Shown: positions 45,901-54,217 of the stretch, piece after piece
How positions within the stretch are numbered: the stretch's first letter is position 1
How the letters are laid out: the number at the start of each line of letters is the position of its first letter
IMG/VR virus record: IMGVR_UViG_3300027833_000051
Span: 1-61,104 of that record
Strand: one strand, 5' to 3'
Source of the DNA: a virus
Lineage: Duplodnaviria > Caudoviricetes
DNA length: 61,104 bases
Translations under genes and position numbers: made by a program
Notes under the pieces: model-generated
The model's input: only the letters and a program-made list of their open reading frames with translations
Told to the model about the DNA's origin: nothing
Database searches by the model: none

Positions 45901-48900
45901 GGCGATCCTACCTCTAGTGGCTCTCTAATAATCTTTTCTAACGCATTTAATTGAGTGATAGTATCAGCTTCAATTGTTAATGCTGCATTAAAAAATTGCG
46001 GTACTGGAGTTTCGTATCCTTCTAGTGTTTGATAGCTGTCAGCTGGAGCAGTATTAGTTAATGCTAATTCTAAAAAGTTAAATAGTTGTCCAATTACCGC
46101 TGTATAATATATTGCTTGATCAGCAACTGTTTGGTTAGTATATTTGTTTGTACTTTCTAGATCAAAATACGATAGTGCATTTGTAACAGTTCTTGCATTT
46201 TGATCTCTTGACAAGTCAGTTATTACACCGTCTATTGTATAACGTATATCACGTTTAGTAGAAGATTCTAAGAAATCTACTGAGAAATCAAATGGTGAAA
46301 TATTTTGGTTCTGTTGGTATAAAAACCAAGCATATGTTTCTTCTACAGCCCATAATTTGTTAGCTTCTAGTAATGCTTTTTCATTTGCTTTACTGGTTCC
46401 CTTTGCAACTTGTTCAGCTGCATATTTAATTGTTTTCCAGGCAGTATCAGCTGTTGTTCCTCGATTTACAGAGTCAACCCCGTTAGTTGCAACATAATAC
46501 ACATTTGGTGTAAAATCAGTTTCTCTCCAGGCTGGTAAATTATCTACAACCTTTAAAACATTTGTTTGTGCGCCAATAGATAGTGCTGTCTTATCCCCGC
46601 CTGCCTGCACAATAATTTCGCCCTTTTGGGTAAGTGAATTAGTTTTATCGTGTTGTAAGTATACAGTCCAATAGTTATTTTGTAGATCATAATCTGGTCT
46701 ATTTACAAGAGCCGAGGTATGCTCTCTTGTACATACATATGTTGCATTTCCGTAATACGCAATATCATCTTGATTATAAAGTGTGCCAATTAACCATTTA
46801 CCTTCCCAACTAAATCCCGGAATCATTAATTCCCAATAAGACCAATTAGTTCCTGCAAATGTTAATACTGCGCTGTCTGGAATAGTTCCACTTGGTGGAG
46901 AAGTTAAAATAACTGTAGTTATATCACCTACAGTAGTAACTGACTGCACTGTTTGGCCATAGGAAAAACCTTCGCCAATTACTGCCATGCCTACTGTGAT
47001 TCCTCTAGGATCAGTACTATCTAAAGTGTCCAATTTAATAGTAGTTCCACTAGATCCATCTGCTTCATAAATTGCATCTATAGTAAAGTTACCCGGTGCT
47101 TGGTTTGTACTGTCTGTAAGTGCAACATAAAGGTCGCCGCCGTATGTTACGACACTACCAATTAAGTATTCTTCTGCACTAGACCATGCGCCTGATACAT
47201 CATATGCTTTGCTTATTATATCCCATTCTTCTCCTGCACCTGTATTAAACGAAGGCTTTTGATTAATGTTATTAATTGTTAAACTTTGATATAAGTAACC
47301 ACCATATAGTACAACGTCACCTGGTTGATAAATTACATCAGCAAGCCATACAGATTCAAAATCAAGTCCTGGCATCCAAAGTTCCCAGTAAGATGATGTA
47401 AACGCATCTTCTATTACGTTTGGTGCATTTTGTATTTGGGCAACATACCCAGAAACACCTGCATCATTGTCTTGGAATATACTTCTAATAGTTGCTAAAG
47501 ATGGTTTTGATATAACTGTTGAAAAGTAAATATTAAACAATGCATAACCTAATGGGTTATTAGCAAGCACACCTGCTGGTGTTCTTGAATCATCACTCCA
47601 TTCTGGAGAAAGAGATCCGTTTTCCCACAAGCTTGAATATTCAAACATTACAAAGTTAAGCAAATATGTATATTCTTTAGATGCAACTCTATAGGTGTCT
47701 GCTGTTGCAAGATTTCCGTCGCCGTATCCTGAAATATCAAACACGCCTGCTGTAACAGCTTCTTCCATTGCAAGATACAATGCACTTGTTGCCCAGTTAG
47801 CATCTAAGTCAGGATCATAAGGTAATGCCGCAGCCGATCCGGCCTTTGCACCACTTACACCAAATAAATGTAGTGTATGGAATATATGTTCAATTACTTC
47901 TGCTGCGTCATCATCGCCAAAAAATGGACGAGAGCTATTTGAATTTAAATACCAAACCATATCGTTTGTAGCATAGGAGTTCAAGAAGTCTGTATAACCT
48001 GCATACTGGGCGCTACCTTCGTCTGTTAGCCAATTAGGTGTATATGATGCTCCGCTACCGTACCCTATACGCTGTGCTGTTGGATAACCTGCATGTGCAG
48101 TGCCTACATCACCTTTTAATGTTGCAATTAAATTTTCTTGGGCTGGATCATCGATCCCTGCGCCATCTCTGTCTAAGAATAACTGAACCATTCTTGCAAC
48201 TTTATTTACAAACGTTTCTGGTATTAATCCTACACCTTGTTCAGCAGCTACAACAATCTTAAGACCGTTAACTGTTAGACTTTTGTCAAATACTGTCCCA
48301 TTAGTTGCATCTGCCGCTAATACACTACTTGTATATACTCCAAGATTAGAATCATCTATGTATGCCGCTGCCGGTACGTGTCCTTCAATACATTTGTATA
48401 CACTTGGACCATACTTAACTATATCGTTTAATTTATATCTTACTTCTGTAGAGTCAACAGCTCTATCATCAAATAAGCCTCTCCACTGAATACCTTCTTT
48501 AACAAGTTTCCATTTAACTAGTGTACTATCAATGCCATAATAATCTGCTTCTAAGCCGTCAATGTCAGTATCAGCTGAAGTATGTGAAATTATACATTCG
48601 TAAGATGAGCCGCCGTATTGCACAATATCACCAATACCATAACTAGATGATGTTGTCCATTCACTCTGCCATGTTTTAGATTCTGCGTAAACGTCCCACT
48701 TTGCAATGTCAGTATCTAGTGTTGCGCCACTTGTGTGCTGTGTATTACACTTATAAACAATACCACCAAAAATTGCAATATTGTCTAAGCTGTAAAATGT
48801 AAATTGAGACCAAGGACCTTTCCAAGTCTGACCAGTCATCATTAAGTCCCACTTAGGAGTAACTGCACCTAAGTCGGAATAGAACGAATTTGATGTGTGC

Positions 48901-49022
48901 GGCACTAAGCATACGTATGCTTTGCCTTCGTATTGAACAATTTGGTCCTTGTTGTAGGCAGTTTGATCTATCCATTCTCCTACCCAAGAAAAACGTAATC
49001 TACTGATTCTAAATTCTGACAT
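39933..49022 (-). CDS. Giant virion structural/fibre protein (3029 aa), paralog of the 3999-aa protein, with an inserted zincin-like domain
   Basis: MSEFRISRLRFSW vs MAEFKLGRIRFVW. Near-identical KSPYIQNVTNFG.GCVG.KID..LH.GGNRS..NDFTQ core and the same C-terminal module. Confidence 0.85.
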   Translation of the reverse strand: MSEFRISRLRFSWVGEWIDQTAYNKDQIVQYEGKAYVCLVPHTSNSFYSDLGAVTPKWDLMMTGQTWKGPWSQFTFYSLDNIAIFGGIVYKCNTQHTSGATLDTDIAKWDVYAESKTWQSEWTTSSSYGIGDIVQYGGSSYECIISHTSADTDIDGLEADYYGIDSTLVKWKLVKEGIQWRGLFDDRAVDSTEVRYKLNDIVKYGPSVYKCIEGHVPAAAYIDDSNLGVYTSSVLAADATNGTVFDKSLTVNGLKIVVAAEQGVGLIPETFVNKVARMVQLFLDRDGAGIDDPAQENLIATLKGDVGTAHAGYPTAQRIGYGSGASYTPNWLTDEGSAQYAGYTDFLNSYATNDMVWYLNSNSSRPFFGDDDAAEVIEHIFHTLHLFGVSGAKAGSAAALPYDPDLDANWATSALYLAMEEAVTAGVFDISGYGDGNLATADTYRVASKEYTYLLNFVMFEYSSLWENGSLSPEWSDDSRTPAGVLANNPLGYALFNIYFSTVISKPSLATIRSIFQDNDAGVSGYVAQIQNAPNVIEDAFTSSYWELWMPGLDFESVWLADVIYQPGDVVLYGGYLYQSLTINNINQKPSFNTGAGEEWDIISKAYDVSGAWSSAEEYLIGSVVTYGGDLYVALTDSTNQAPGNFTIDAIYEADGSSGTTIKLDTLDSTDPRGITVGMAVIGEGFSYGQTVQSVTTVGDITTVILTSPPSGTIPDSAVLTFAGTNWSYWELMIPGFSWEGKWLIGTLYNQDDIAYYGNATYVCTREHTSALVNRPDYDLQNNYWTVYLQHDKTNSLTQKGEIIVQAGGDKTALSIGAQTNVLKVVDNLPAWRETDFTPNVYYVATNGVDSVNRGTTADTAWKTIKYAAEQVAKGTSKANEKALLEANKLWAVEETYAWFLYQQNQNISPFDFSVDFLESSTKRDIRYTIDGVITDLSRDQNARTVTNALSYFDLESTNKYTNQTVADQAIYYTAVIGQLFNFLELALTNTAPADSYQTLEGYETPVPQFFNAALTIEADTITQLNALEKIIREPLEVGSPDNIPPANQGAYTTINLKSGTYEESLPIVLPPKTALNGDELRGAAIKPLNPINTLCTRTFGEINEFRVGSTVNMVNNTPVQFVSLNPVDEISTKIGGPNIVQGITYYVIGSSIRDGAFKVSATPDGEEVLLTTNIGYMYVYGGNALNDMIRVQNGCGVRNLTMSGLLGTLTPQNEYSTRRPSGGSFVALDPGQGVNDTTAWITSKSPYIQNVTNFGIGCVGLKIDSTLHNGGNRSIVCNDFTQIISDGIGVWCTGGDALVECVSVFSYYNYTGYFAEDGGRIRATNGNSSYGQFGAIAEGFAEDEVPAVGNVNNRSNQASALAVSALGTQAEILKIAFSHAGEEYYETTTNLLPQSNNLVDTAWQTDGNLNIVKAATTPFVNEDAWKIEGITDLTNSSYFYQDVPVSPQGRVYVGVAGVNEDGSGIDATFDVTVFSDGYQVSVNAGGSGYVVGNQIRLSGQLFGAQPTVNDIIVTVDTLSITAILQVSHDGTVPDGTSLRYTTSIYAKKGTASYFDMYSIFSGYSTRTSAVRFNFTTGVLTTIVDPDNGIVPEVYTATILEDGWYRISYSYWDITAQNTSLQFKVYPRGTDGLSGETNFYGAQLQTGNLSFFLETDDTTPTSYANVNVSGAGRDAMIVADELRSGGVYQTRVLESSAFTSGGLGYKFQTNNAQSGDSEHLVLAGSEVATAPEYESMRLSISSGVGSGQYGIISRYNANNKRADVLKESFESLEIVSTNATSDRFRLDDDVDFNTVYTGQKIQFTPTFYDVDVDSTAQSATQVLAALGDLNNYLYVTTTTQLKVGQKVNFTGTPFGGVAVGFDYFIINIIDDTTIQISTTLGGGVWPLVNTNIDDPQGAPIVLTSEYPQFTINFPSETSYLAASSTADMSVGLPVQFTGTSLGEVTLGQTYFIHDIYDATRFSISANRLTFDTTASTASTNSLTIADTSTLIPMNPITFRSGAIGGLLEKTQYWVNTLLDGTTFTLSDSVITTNATASQAVTNLITVTSTAGFIPGTPIILTGSTFGSIENDKVYFIQVVNDATTFTISETAAGAAVPLLTATGNIIVRTLANTVSITDDTGTMVTQTPGTKETVSAGGGATMGASFYTETFGGIDLGTTYYVLEKIETTPADVYNASGNWTVDTNWIENTLNIGLDTAPAAGLLTALGTLGEDSTLAAFTITDTTYGELTVTLTGGSQWSDTPAGGVIIQGTTVQTAPAGSEASPGATQITSISLPTGESVINEMTIETTLDSGTPVQLIQDIGSMQIGAVGWDHINQGTPLVGVFDSTSVYAIEPRTKYTPPPFTQTALASTGEAGTYKIIASNGFYPIAIPENGFAALSTSDYTAWDVSITLPVEGDTNLQIEDPDNPGSLINNPLYNGGWVDMVYGNNTWVLISRAGDVLYSVSEGATWLRSTLPTLGANEFYTAISYTNGSFVVVGTSSKSAYSTNNASTWIEVDQSIDDDEWVDIAAGAGIFVAIAGSSHAVKCSTDKGATWVESTLDNSGDSTINNWNQIEFGNGRFVAVSSDLRSAAFSFDGITWYNSNLQIQGDILSYGNGIFLLIDNVTGISRQSEDGLDWKVVPVEALDYTGLGFSFDATTRKGWFLSLATGGIASKISTGSRAQSRASITATKLTGFGMLTSGSGYTTAPTLTLLDPNNSKDAITQVRIGNGVLGAPTFTNYGTGYSTTSTAIAINGSGFSDIFQTGLRIILKNLTRLPQPGDNIEFEGNDETYRVAKATVLRGTTVPNLEASVQISPTMSEVLSPAHNTTFTMRSRFSQVRLTNHDFLNIGFGNQIQSNYPGLPENTNLEPQDEIQETNNGRVFYSSTDQDGNFRVGDLFAVEQATGIVTLSADEFGLDGLTELSIGGVALGGSPVVVTQFSTDGTFVANSNTIVPTQKAIKTYLTGRLSQGGSDTFTGLLTAGTVKVGGPDFIASTVPEGAEGFQIKIGTKAMFDGPFGNSGWAGDGLAMTYFFKTLVDPTRSGQQ

Positions 49023-49054
49023 TGTGCGGTTCCTTGATCCTGTGTATTATAGTA

Positions 49055-49062
49055 TATTTATG
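49055..49062 (-). promoter_or_regulatory. Late promoter CATAAATA
   Basis: Upstream of 49022. Confidence 0.6.
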
Positions 49063-49438
49063 TGACTATCTGAGTTGCGTCATATGCATATGACTGATTG
49101 ATTCTTACTACTAATTCGCCTTCTTCATTCACATAATAGTACATATTTTTATTGTCCCAACGGTATTGATCCCATTGTAAGTTGTCGTATGGTCTACTAT
49201 GATCTACTTCAACACGTCCGTCAAAGAAGTCAACTCCGTATTCAAATTCAGTAAAGTCTCCTGTAGCTGCTCCAGGATTATTAATTGTAATTGTGTCTAC
49301 ATCTTTAAGCTGATCAATCTTTGCAAAAAATAATGTGCCGTCTTCTGTTCTACGCAATGCGTAAAAGTATCTTGGCTGTCCTTCGCCTAATAGTTCGTTG
49401 ATGCTAGGTGTTTGACCTACGTAATGTGTTGATGCCAT
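49058..49438 (-). CDS. Hypothetical virion protein (126 aa)
   Basis: Start moved to MASTHYVG at 49438 because an AAGGAG SD precedes it. Confidence 0.7.
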   Translation of the reverse strand: MASTHYVGQTPSINELLGEGQPRYFYALRRTEDGTLFFAKIDQLKDVDTITINNPGAATGDFTEFEYGVDFFDGRVEVDHSRPYDNLQWDQYRWDNKNMYYYVNEEGELVVRINQSYAYDATQIVT

Positions 49439-49449
49439 CTTATATCTCC

Positions 49450-49779
49450 TTAAACAATTTCTACAGTACTTAAAACGCAATCAATGCTATTATCAACATT
49501 TGAGTTTACATATAAGTTATTGTTTGGTGTTAAAATTAGTTTCTCGCCGCCGTTTAATACACGTAAACTTGTGTTTGGTGGAAGAATCATTTCCTTTGCG
49601 TAGAATCCAGTGGAACTATCTGCATCACGAAGTTGTACATTAATAAGCACTACTCCTTCAGTTAAGTTTGCTAAACTAAACCCAACTACCGTAATACGAT
49701 TGTTGTCATTAGTAGCTAGCACCTCTTGATACGCTGTCCCAATTCCTGTTACTACTTTGTTTCTAAATGTAGTTGCCAT
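49450..49779 (-). CDS. Small beta-sandwich virion protein (paralog family 2 of 3)
   Basis: VVGFSLAN..INVQL..LPPNTSL..EKLIL..STVEI. Confidence 0.7.
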   Translation of the reverse strand: MATTFRNKVVTGIGTAYQEVLATNDNNRITVVGFSLANLTEGVVLINVQLRDADSSTGFYAKEMILPPNTSLRVLNGGEKLILTPNNNLYVNSNVDNSIDCVLSTVEIV

Positions 49780-49783
49780 TTTA

Positions 49784-52700
49784 TTATCCTAATACTAATA
49801 CTGTTGATAGTGCAATTTCTTCTGCATCGTTTCTTGTAATACCCGAAGCAGCACCAGCCACTGATACCCAATTTGTTCCGTCATATATTTCAACACGATT
49901 ATCTGTAGTGTTAAATCTTACTTGACCTTGCTCTGTGAATTCAAGAGGTGGACGATCTCCACTTTCGCCTGTTGGTAGGACGATTCCGTATGTTCCATCA
50001 AACTTAACATACCCGTTGTTAGTGTTTTCAAACAAAGTAACACTATTGTTTACTGTATTTGTTATTGTGTTTCCTTTAAACGCAAAATTATCAAATCTAA
50101 CAGAGCCTGTGCCATTTGCTGATAATTGTAAATTCTTATTTCCGTTAGTAGTAGTTATAACATTTCCGTCTACACGAATATCATCTACATCTAATCTAGG
50201 AACAGTTAATTTGTTTGCATCAATTGTTGCTATAGTACTTCCTGCAATAATAAATCTAATAGTGTCGTCGTTGGCACCTTCAGTATTTTCAGCAGTAATT
50301 TTGGTGTTACCATCTAAATCTTCAACGCCTTTAATGTTAATCCAGTTAGTGCCATTATAGCCTTCAAATCTATTTAAATCTGTATTAAATCTTAGTTGTC
50401 CAGAAGTAGCAGATGGTCTTTCAGCAGTAGTACCTGTTGGTAGTTTTACTGCGCCAGTTGCATTAATATTTAAAACATTACTACCTGGAGCAATAATAAA
50501 GTCGCCGCTGGTTGTAATTGTTGATGTGTTAAATCCAAATGTGTCTATAACAATAGATCCTGATCCATTTGCTCTTAAGTCTAAATCACTGTTTGCATTA
50601 GTTGTGGTGATAACATTATTATCAATTAAAATATCACCTGTTGTAATACTGTCTGCTGTAATTAAGCTTGTACTAGTAATATTTCCTACAGTAATTAAAC
50701 CGTCAACTGTTAAGTTATTTGTAATTTGTACATTGTTAGATGGTACAAAAATATTACCTGTGCCATTTGCTCTTAATTCTAAATTACTATTTGAATCAGT
50801 AGTAGTAACTGTGTTGCCTGAAATTTGTATTTCTTCAAACTGGATAATACTTGCACTGATAATAACTTCGCCAGTAACATCTAAGTTACCTGTTAGGTTA
50901 ATATTACCAACTTGGTTAACATTTCCAGTATGTGTTACGTTACCGACAATATTAGTATTTTTTAAGTTTGTAACTGAATTGACTGTTAAGTCTTGGTCAA
51001 TTACGACATTATTACTAGGAACATATACATTGCCTGTACCATTAGCTCTTAGTTCTAAATTACTATTACTTGCAGTTGTTTTAATAATGTTATCATCAAT
51101 TAAAATATCACCTGTGCTAAATCTATTAGCAGTAATAGTTCCAACACTATTAATGTCACCTACAGTAATTGTACCAGTAACATATAAGTCATTATTAATT
51201 GTAACATCGTTATTTGGTATAAGAATATTACCGAATGAAGTAGCACGTAATTCTAAATCACTGTTTGAGTCAGTAGTAGTAATAATATTATTTTCAATAT
51301 TAATATTTTCAAATTGTGCTGCTGACGAAACTGTAAGGTTTCCTGTAATACCTAAGTCGCCAGTTAAATCAATATTACCTGTTTGTGTAACATTGCCTGT
51401 TTGTGTAACATTACCTTGCAGAACTACAGTGTTTAGAGTCGACGTGCCAATTACTCGTAAATCTTCGTCTAGTAACATATTGTTGCTAGGTACATAAACT
51501 TTACCAGTACCGTTAGCACGAAGTTCTAGATTGCTATTTGAATCTGTTGTTTTAATGTAGTTTTCACGAATTACAATATTATCAAGATTAACTTCATTTA
51601 CATATAAGTTATTCCATATTTTAGTTTCTTCACCTAAACTATAAGTATCATTTACTTTAGGAGTAATATTACTATCAATACCTGCTATAATTTGTATTGT
51701 ATCACTTGCTTCGTCACCAATTGTAATATTACCAGTAATGTTTACGTTGCCAGTAACATCTAAACTACCGTTAACATTTACATTCGAGTTCAAATTAATT
51801 TCACCACTAGCTGCTTCAAAGTTTGCGTCTAGTGTTAGTGTTTCAACAGTGTTGCCGCTAAATCTCCAGTCGCCGGTTTCTACTTTTGTTCCGTCAATAA
51901 ATGTAGTATTACTACCAGTTACAAAACTAACACCATTGTCAGTATTAATTGTAAAATCATTAACAGCAAATGTTACGCTACCTGTATCTTGGTTAACATA
52001 AAATAAGTCTCCAACTCTAAAGTCGCCTTTGTGATCAACTGAGTTATATCTTACCTTTGCACCGTTAATTTCAACTACTTCATTTGCCTGTATAACTTCC
52101 AATAATTCGTTAGTAACTTCTTTACCAGTGCCGATGTATGCTAAGTTTTGGCCAATAGCATATATAATTGTTCCTAGACCGTTGCCTACTAATCCAAAGT
52201 TGCCATAAACACTAGCACTACCAATCATTCTAACTTCAGCGCCAAATGATCTTAAATCATAACTTGCAATACTAGTTGCTGTTGCTCCAAGACCGTTTGC
52301 AATACTTTGTGGAGTTAAATCAAATGCATATAAATCTAAGTATCCATCTATGTAAACATCATTGCCGTCCACGCTACTAATGGTGCCTGTAAGCACTGTA
52401 GAAGCGTCTGTGCTAGTGATAGTAAGTGTATTGCCTTGTGCAAAGGTACCTGTTATACCAGCTAGTGTGAGCTTTGTTTTGCCCGCTCCGTACTTGCCGT
52501 CTTGACTATCATAAGCATGAAAGCCTCTGTTTGCAAAATATGTAAACGAGTTTAACCACTCAACACGCACACCATTTGTTGCTGAAATTGCATCAACACC
52601 TGGTGTAATAAATGTTGCACTATGGAAAAGCATACTTGCTTCTTTACTAGCAGGTGTTGCATAAGCGCCATCTATGTATGCGCCTTTGCCTGCATCGCCT

Positions 52701-54073
52701 GCATTAAATCCTCTTGGGTCTTCAGCAGTAGTTGTACTACCTGAAGTAATTACTGTAATGTTTCTGATATAAGGAGAACGTGTAGTTACTGTGTAATCTG
52801 TTGCGAAACGGAATGCATACCCATTATCTGGAAATGTCCTAGTTCCGCCATTGCAACTAAACACTAGCCCTTTAACAAAGTTACTATTACCAGTAGATTG
52901 ATTTGTACCAGTGTGTGCAATTATTAATTCGCCAGTTACATTATTGTATGTTGCGCCGGTTACTGGATATGTATTAGTAACACCCGCTTGTTCAAAAGTA
53001 ACAGTACCGCCACTTACATAAGTGTGTGCAAATGGCGCTGGTCCAACATTTAATGATACTGAGTTTATGTTTGCAAACGTTGAATTATAAAAATTACCAC
53101 CACTAAAGAATCCAGTTATTGTTACATCTTCAATAGTTGACTCACCATTTAATAAAAACGCATCGTTATAACGTGTTGCAGTTGTAGGCTGTATAGATAC
53201 TCCGCGAATACCTTCGCCCTTAACCGTAACGCCTGCCGGAACTGTTAGTGGAAATATTTCTGTGTATATAGCAGGCGAAATGTGTATAACGTCTCCTGCT
53301 ACTGCTACACTAAGTGCTTGCTTAATACTTGCAAAGGGATCTAGTACGTGAGTACCTGTATTAGAATTATCACCGTTTTCTGCAACATATAGCATATTGC
53401 CATTTCTAAATGTTAAATCAATACCGTCAATTGCTAACGAGTCAGAATTAATATTAGTTGCAACTAAATTGTTAACGTAAACGTCATTCCATTCTTTGCC
53501 GCCGCCAAGTGGATCACTACCTAATGAATATGTATTTGTTGTTGCTGGAATAATATCTGAAGCAATTTCTGCATTAAAAATAACATTGTCTGTGGCTTGG
53601 TCACCAATAACAATATTACCGTCTGCTGATATATTACCACTAGCATGTATATTGCCTGTTACATTTAAGTCAGAATGTACGTCTACTGTACCTGTACCAT
53701 TTGGTCGTAATTCTAAATTAGCATTTGACGAATTAGTAGTTATTGCATTGCCTTCAATATCAATACTATCAATTCTAATTTTATTAAGCGCAACTACTGT
53801 GTCTAATGTTGCTAAATTTAAATACGCATTAGTACTACTAATTGTATTACCGACTATTGTGACTTCGCCAATATCTGCTTGCGTATCAACAATAAGATCA
53901 ACTGCTTTAGTTGTGCCTGAAACTTGTAATTCGTGTGTGGGTGAATTCGTGTTGACGCCAATGCGTTGTGAATTTACATCTAGATATAATAAGTCTGTCT
54001 CAAAAGCTAAATCTACTCCATTACGAATTAGATTCTCCTTCAAGAGCGGACCCGAAATGCGACCTACAGCCAT
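49784..54073 (-). CDS. Long fibre/baseplate appendage protein (1429 aa) with beta-helix and NSNLELRANGTG repeats
   Basis: LYVAENG.....G.....PFASIKQAL beta-helix start, repeated I..N.ITTT.SNS.LELRANG.G units, and C-terminal LPTGTTAERP..G.LRFNT..FEGY.G..W modules. Confidence 0.8.
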   Translation of the reverse strand: MAVGRISGPLLKENLIRNGVDLAFETDLLYLDVNSQRIGVNTNSPTHELQVSGTTKAVDLIVDTQADIGEVTIVGNTISSTNAYLNLATLDTVVALNKIRIDSIDIEGNAITTNSSNANLELRPNGTGTVDVHSDLNVTGNIHASGNISADGNIVIGDQATDNVIFNAEIASDIIPATTNTYSLGSDPLGGGKEWNDVYVNNLVATNINSDSLAIDGIDLTFRNGNMLYVAENGDNSNTGTHVLDPFASIKQALSVAVAGDVIHISPAIYTEIFPLTVPAGVTVKGEGIRGVSIQPTTATRYNDAFLLNGESTIEDVTITGFFSGGNFYNSTFANINSVSLNVGPAPFAHTYVSGGTVTFEQAGVTNTYPVTGATYNNVTGELIIAHTGTNQSTGNSNFVKGLVFSCNGGTRTFPDNGYAFRFATDYTVTTRSPYIRNITVITSGSTTTAEDPRGFNAGDAGKGAYIDGAYATPASKEASMLFHSATFITPGVDAISATNGVRVEWLNSFTYFANRGFHAYDSQDGKYGAGKTKLTLAGITGTFAQGNTLTITSTDASTVLTGTISSVDGNDVYIDGYLDLYAFDLTPQSIANGLGATATSIASYDLRSFGAEVRMIGSASVYGNFGLVGNGLGTIIYAIGQNLAYIGTGKEVTNELLEVIQANEVVEINGAKVRYNSVDHKGDFRVGDLFYVNQDTGSVTFAVNDFTINTDNGVSFVTGSNTTFIDGTKVETGDWRFSGNTVETLTLDANFEAASGEINLNSNVNVNGSLDVTGNVNITGNITIGDEASDTIQIIAGIDSNITPKVNDTYSLGEETKIWNNLYVNEVNLDNIVIRENYIKTTDSNSNLELRANGTGKVYVPSNNMLLDEDLRVIGTSTLNTVVLQGNVTQTGNVTQTGNIDLTGDLGITGNLTVSSAAQFENINIENNIITTTDSNSDLELRATSFGNILIPNNDVTINNDLYVTGTITVGDINSVGTITANRFSTGDILIDDNIIKTTASNSNLELRANGTGNVYVPSNNVVIDQDLTVNSVTNLKNTNIVGNVTHTGNVNQVGNINLTGNLDVTGEVIISASIIQFEEIQISGNTVTTTDSNSNLELRANGTGNIFVPSNNVQITNNLTVDGLITVGNITSTSLITADSITTGDILIDNNVITTTNANSDLDLRANGSGSIVIDTFGFNTSTITTSGDFIIAPGSNVLNINATGAVKLPTGTTAERPSATSGQLRFNTDLNRFEGYNGTNWINIKGVEDLDGNTKITAENTEGANDDTIRFIIAGSTIATIDANKLTVPRLDVDDIRVDGNVITTTNGNKNLQLSANGTGSVRFDNFAFKGNTITNTVNNSVTLFENTNNGYVKFDGTYGIVLPTGESGDRPPLEFTEQGQVRFNTTDNRVEIYDGTNWVSVAGAASGITRNDAEEIALSTVLVLG

Positions 54074-54184
54074 CTTTGCTCCTCAACACGGGGATCCTGT
54101 CCCTCTAGCCAAATTTTCAGTCTAATGACTCTTTGCTGGTTAACCACAGTTTGTTATGTAAAACAATAGTCGCGTTTTACATAA
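54074..54184 (-). ncRNA. Candidate structured 5' leader RNA
   Basis: About 110 nt between late promoter and ATG, with an 11-bp hairpin (54154-54184) and further complementary segments (CUGU/ACAG, UAACCA/UGGCUA, AGUC/GACU, GGGA/UCCC). Confidence 0.4.
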
Positions 54185-54187
54185 TAG

Positions 54188-54195
54188 TATTTATC
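54188..54195 (-). promoter_or_regulatory. Late promoter GATAAATA
   Basis: Intergenic, upstream of the structured leader. Confidence 0.7.
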
Positions 54196-54217
54196 GTAAT
54201 GATACAATACTGCGGTG

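Noticed and set aside
50526-51497. 323-aa plus-strand ORF and other antisense ORFs over structural genes (e.g. 53496..54125, 8150..8602, 36109..36525, 13530..13988, 2583..3092)
   Set aside because: They lie opposite well-supported genes, lack family motifs, and are expected shadows of biased codon usage.
54074-54150. Known riboswitch or ribozyme (c-di-GMP-I, SAM-II/V, hammerhead)
   Set aside because: The conserved cores could not be matched by eye, so it is kept only as an unclassified candidate.
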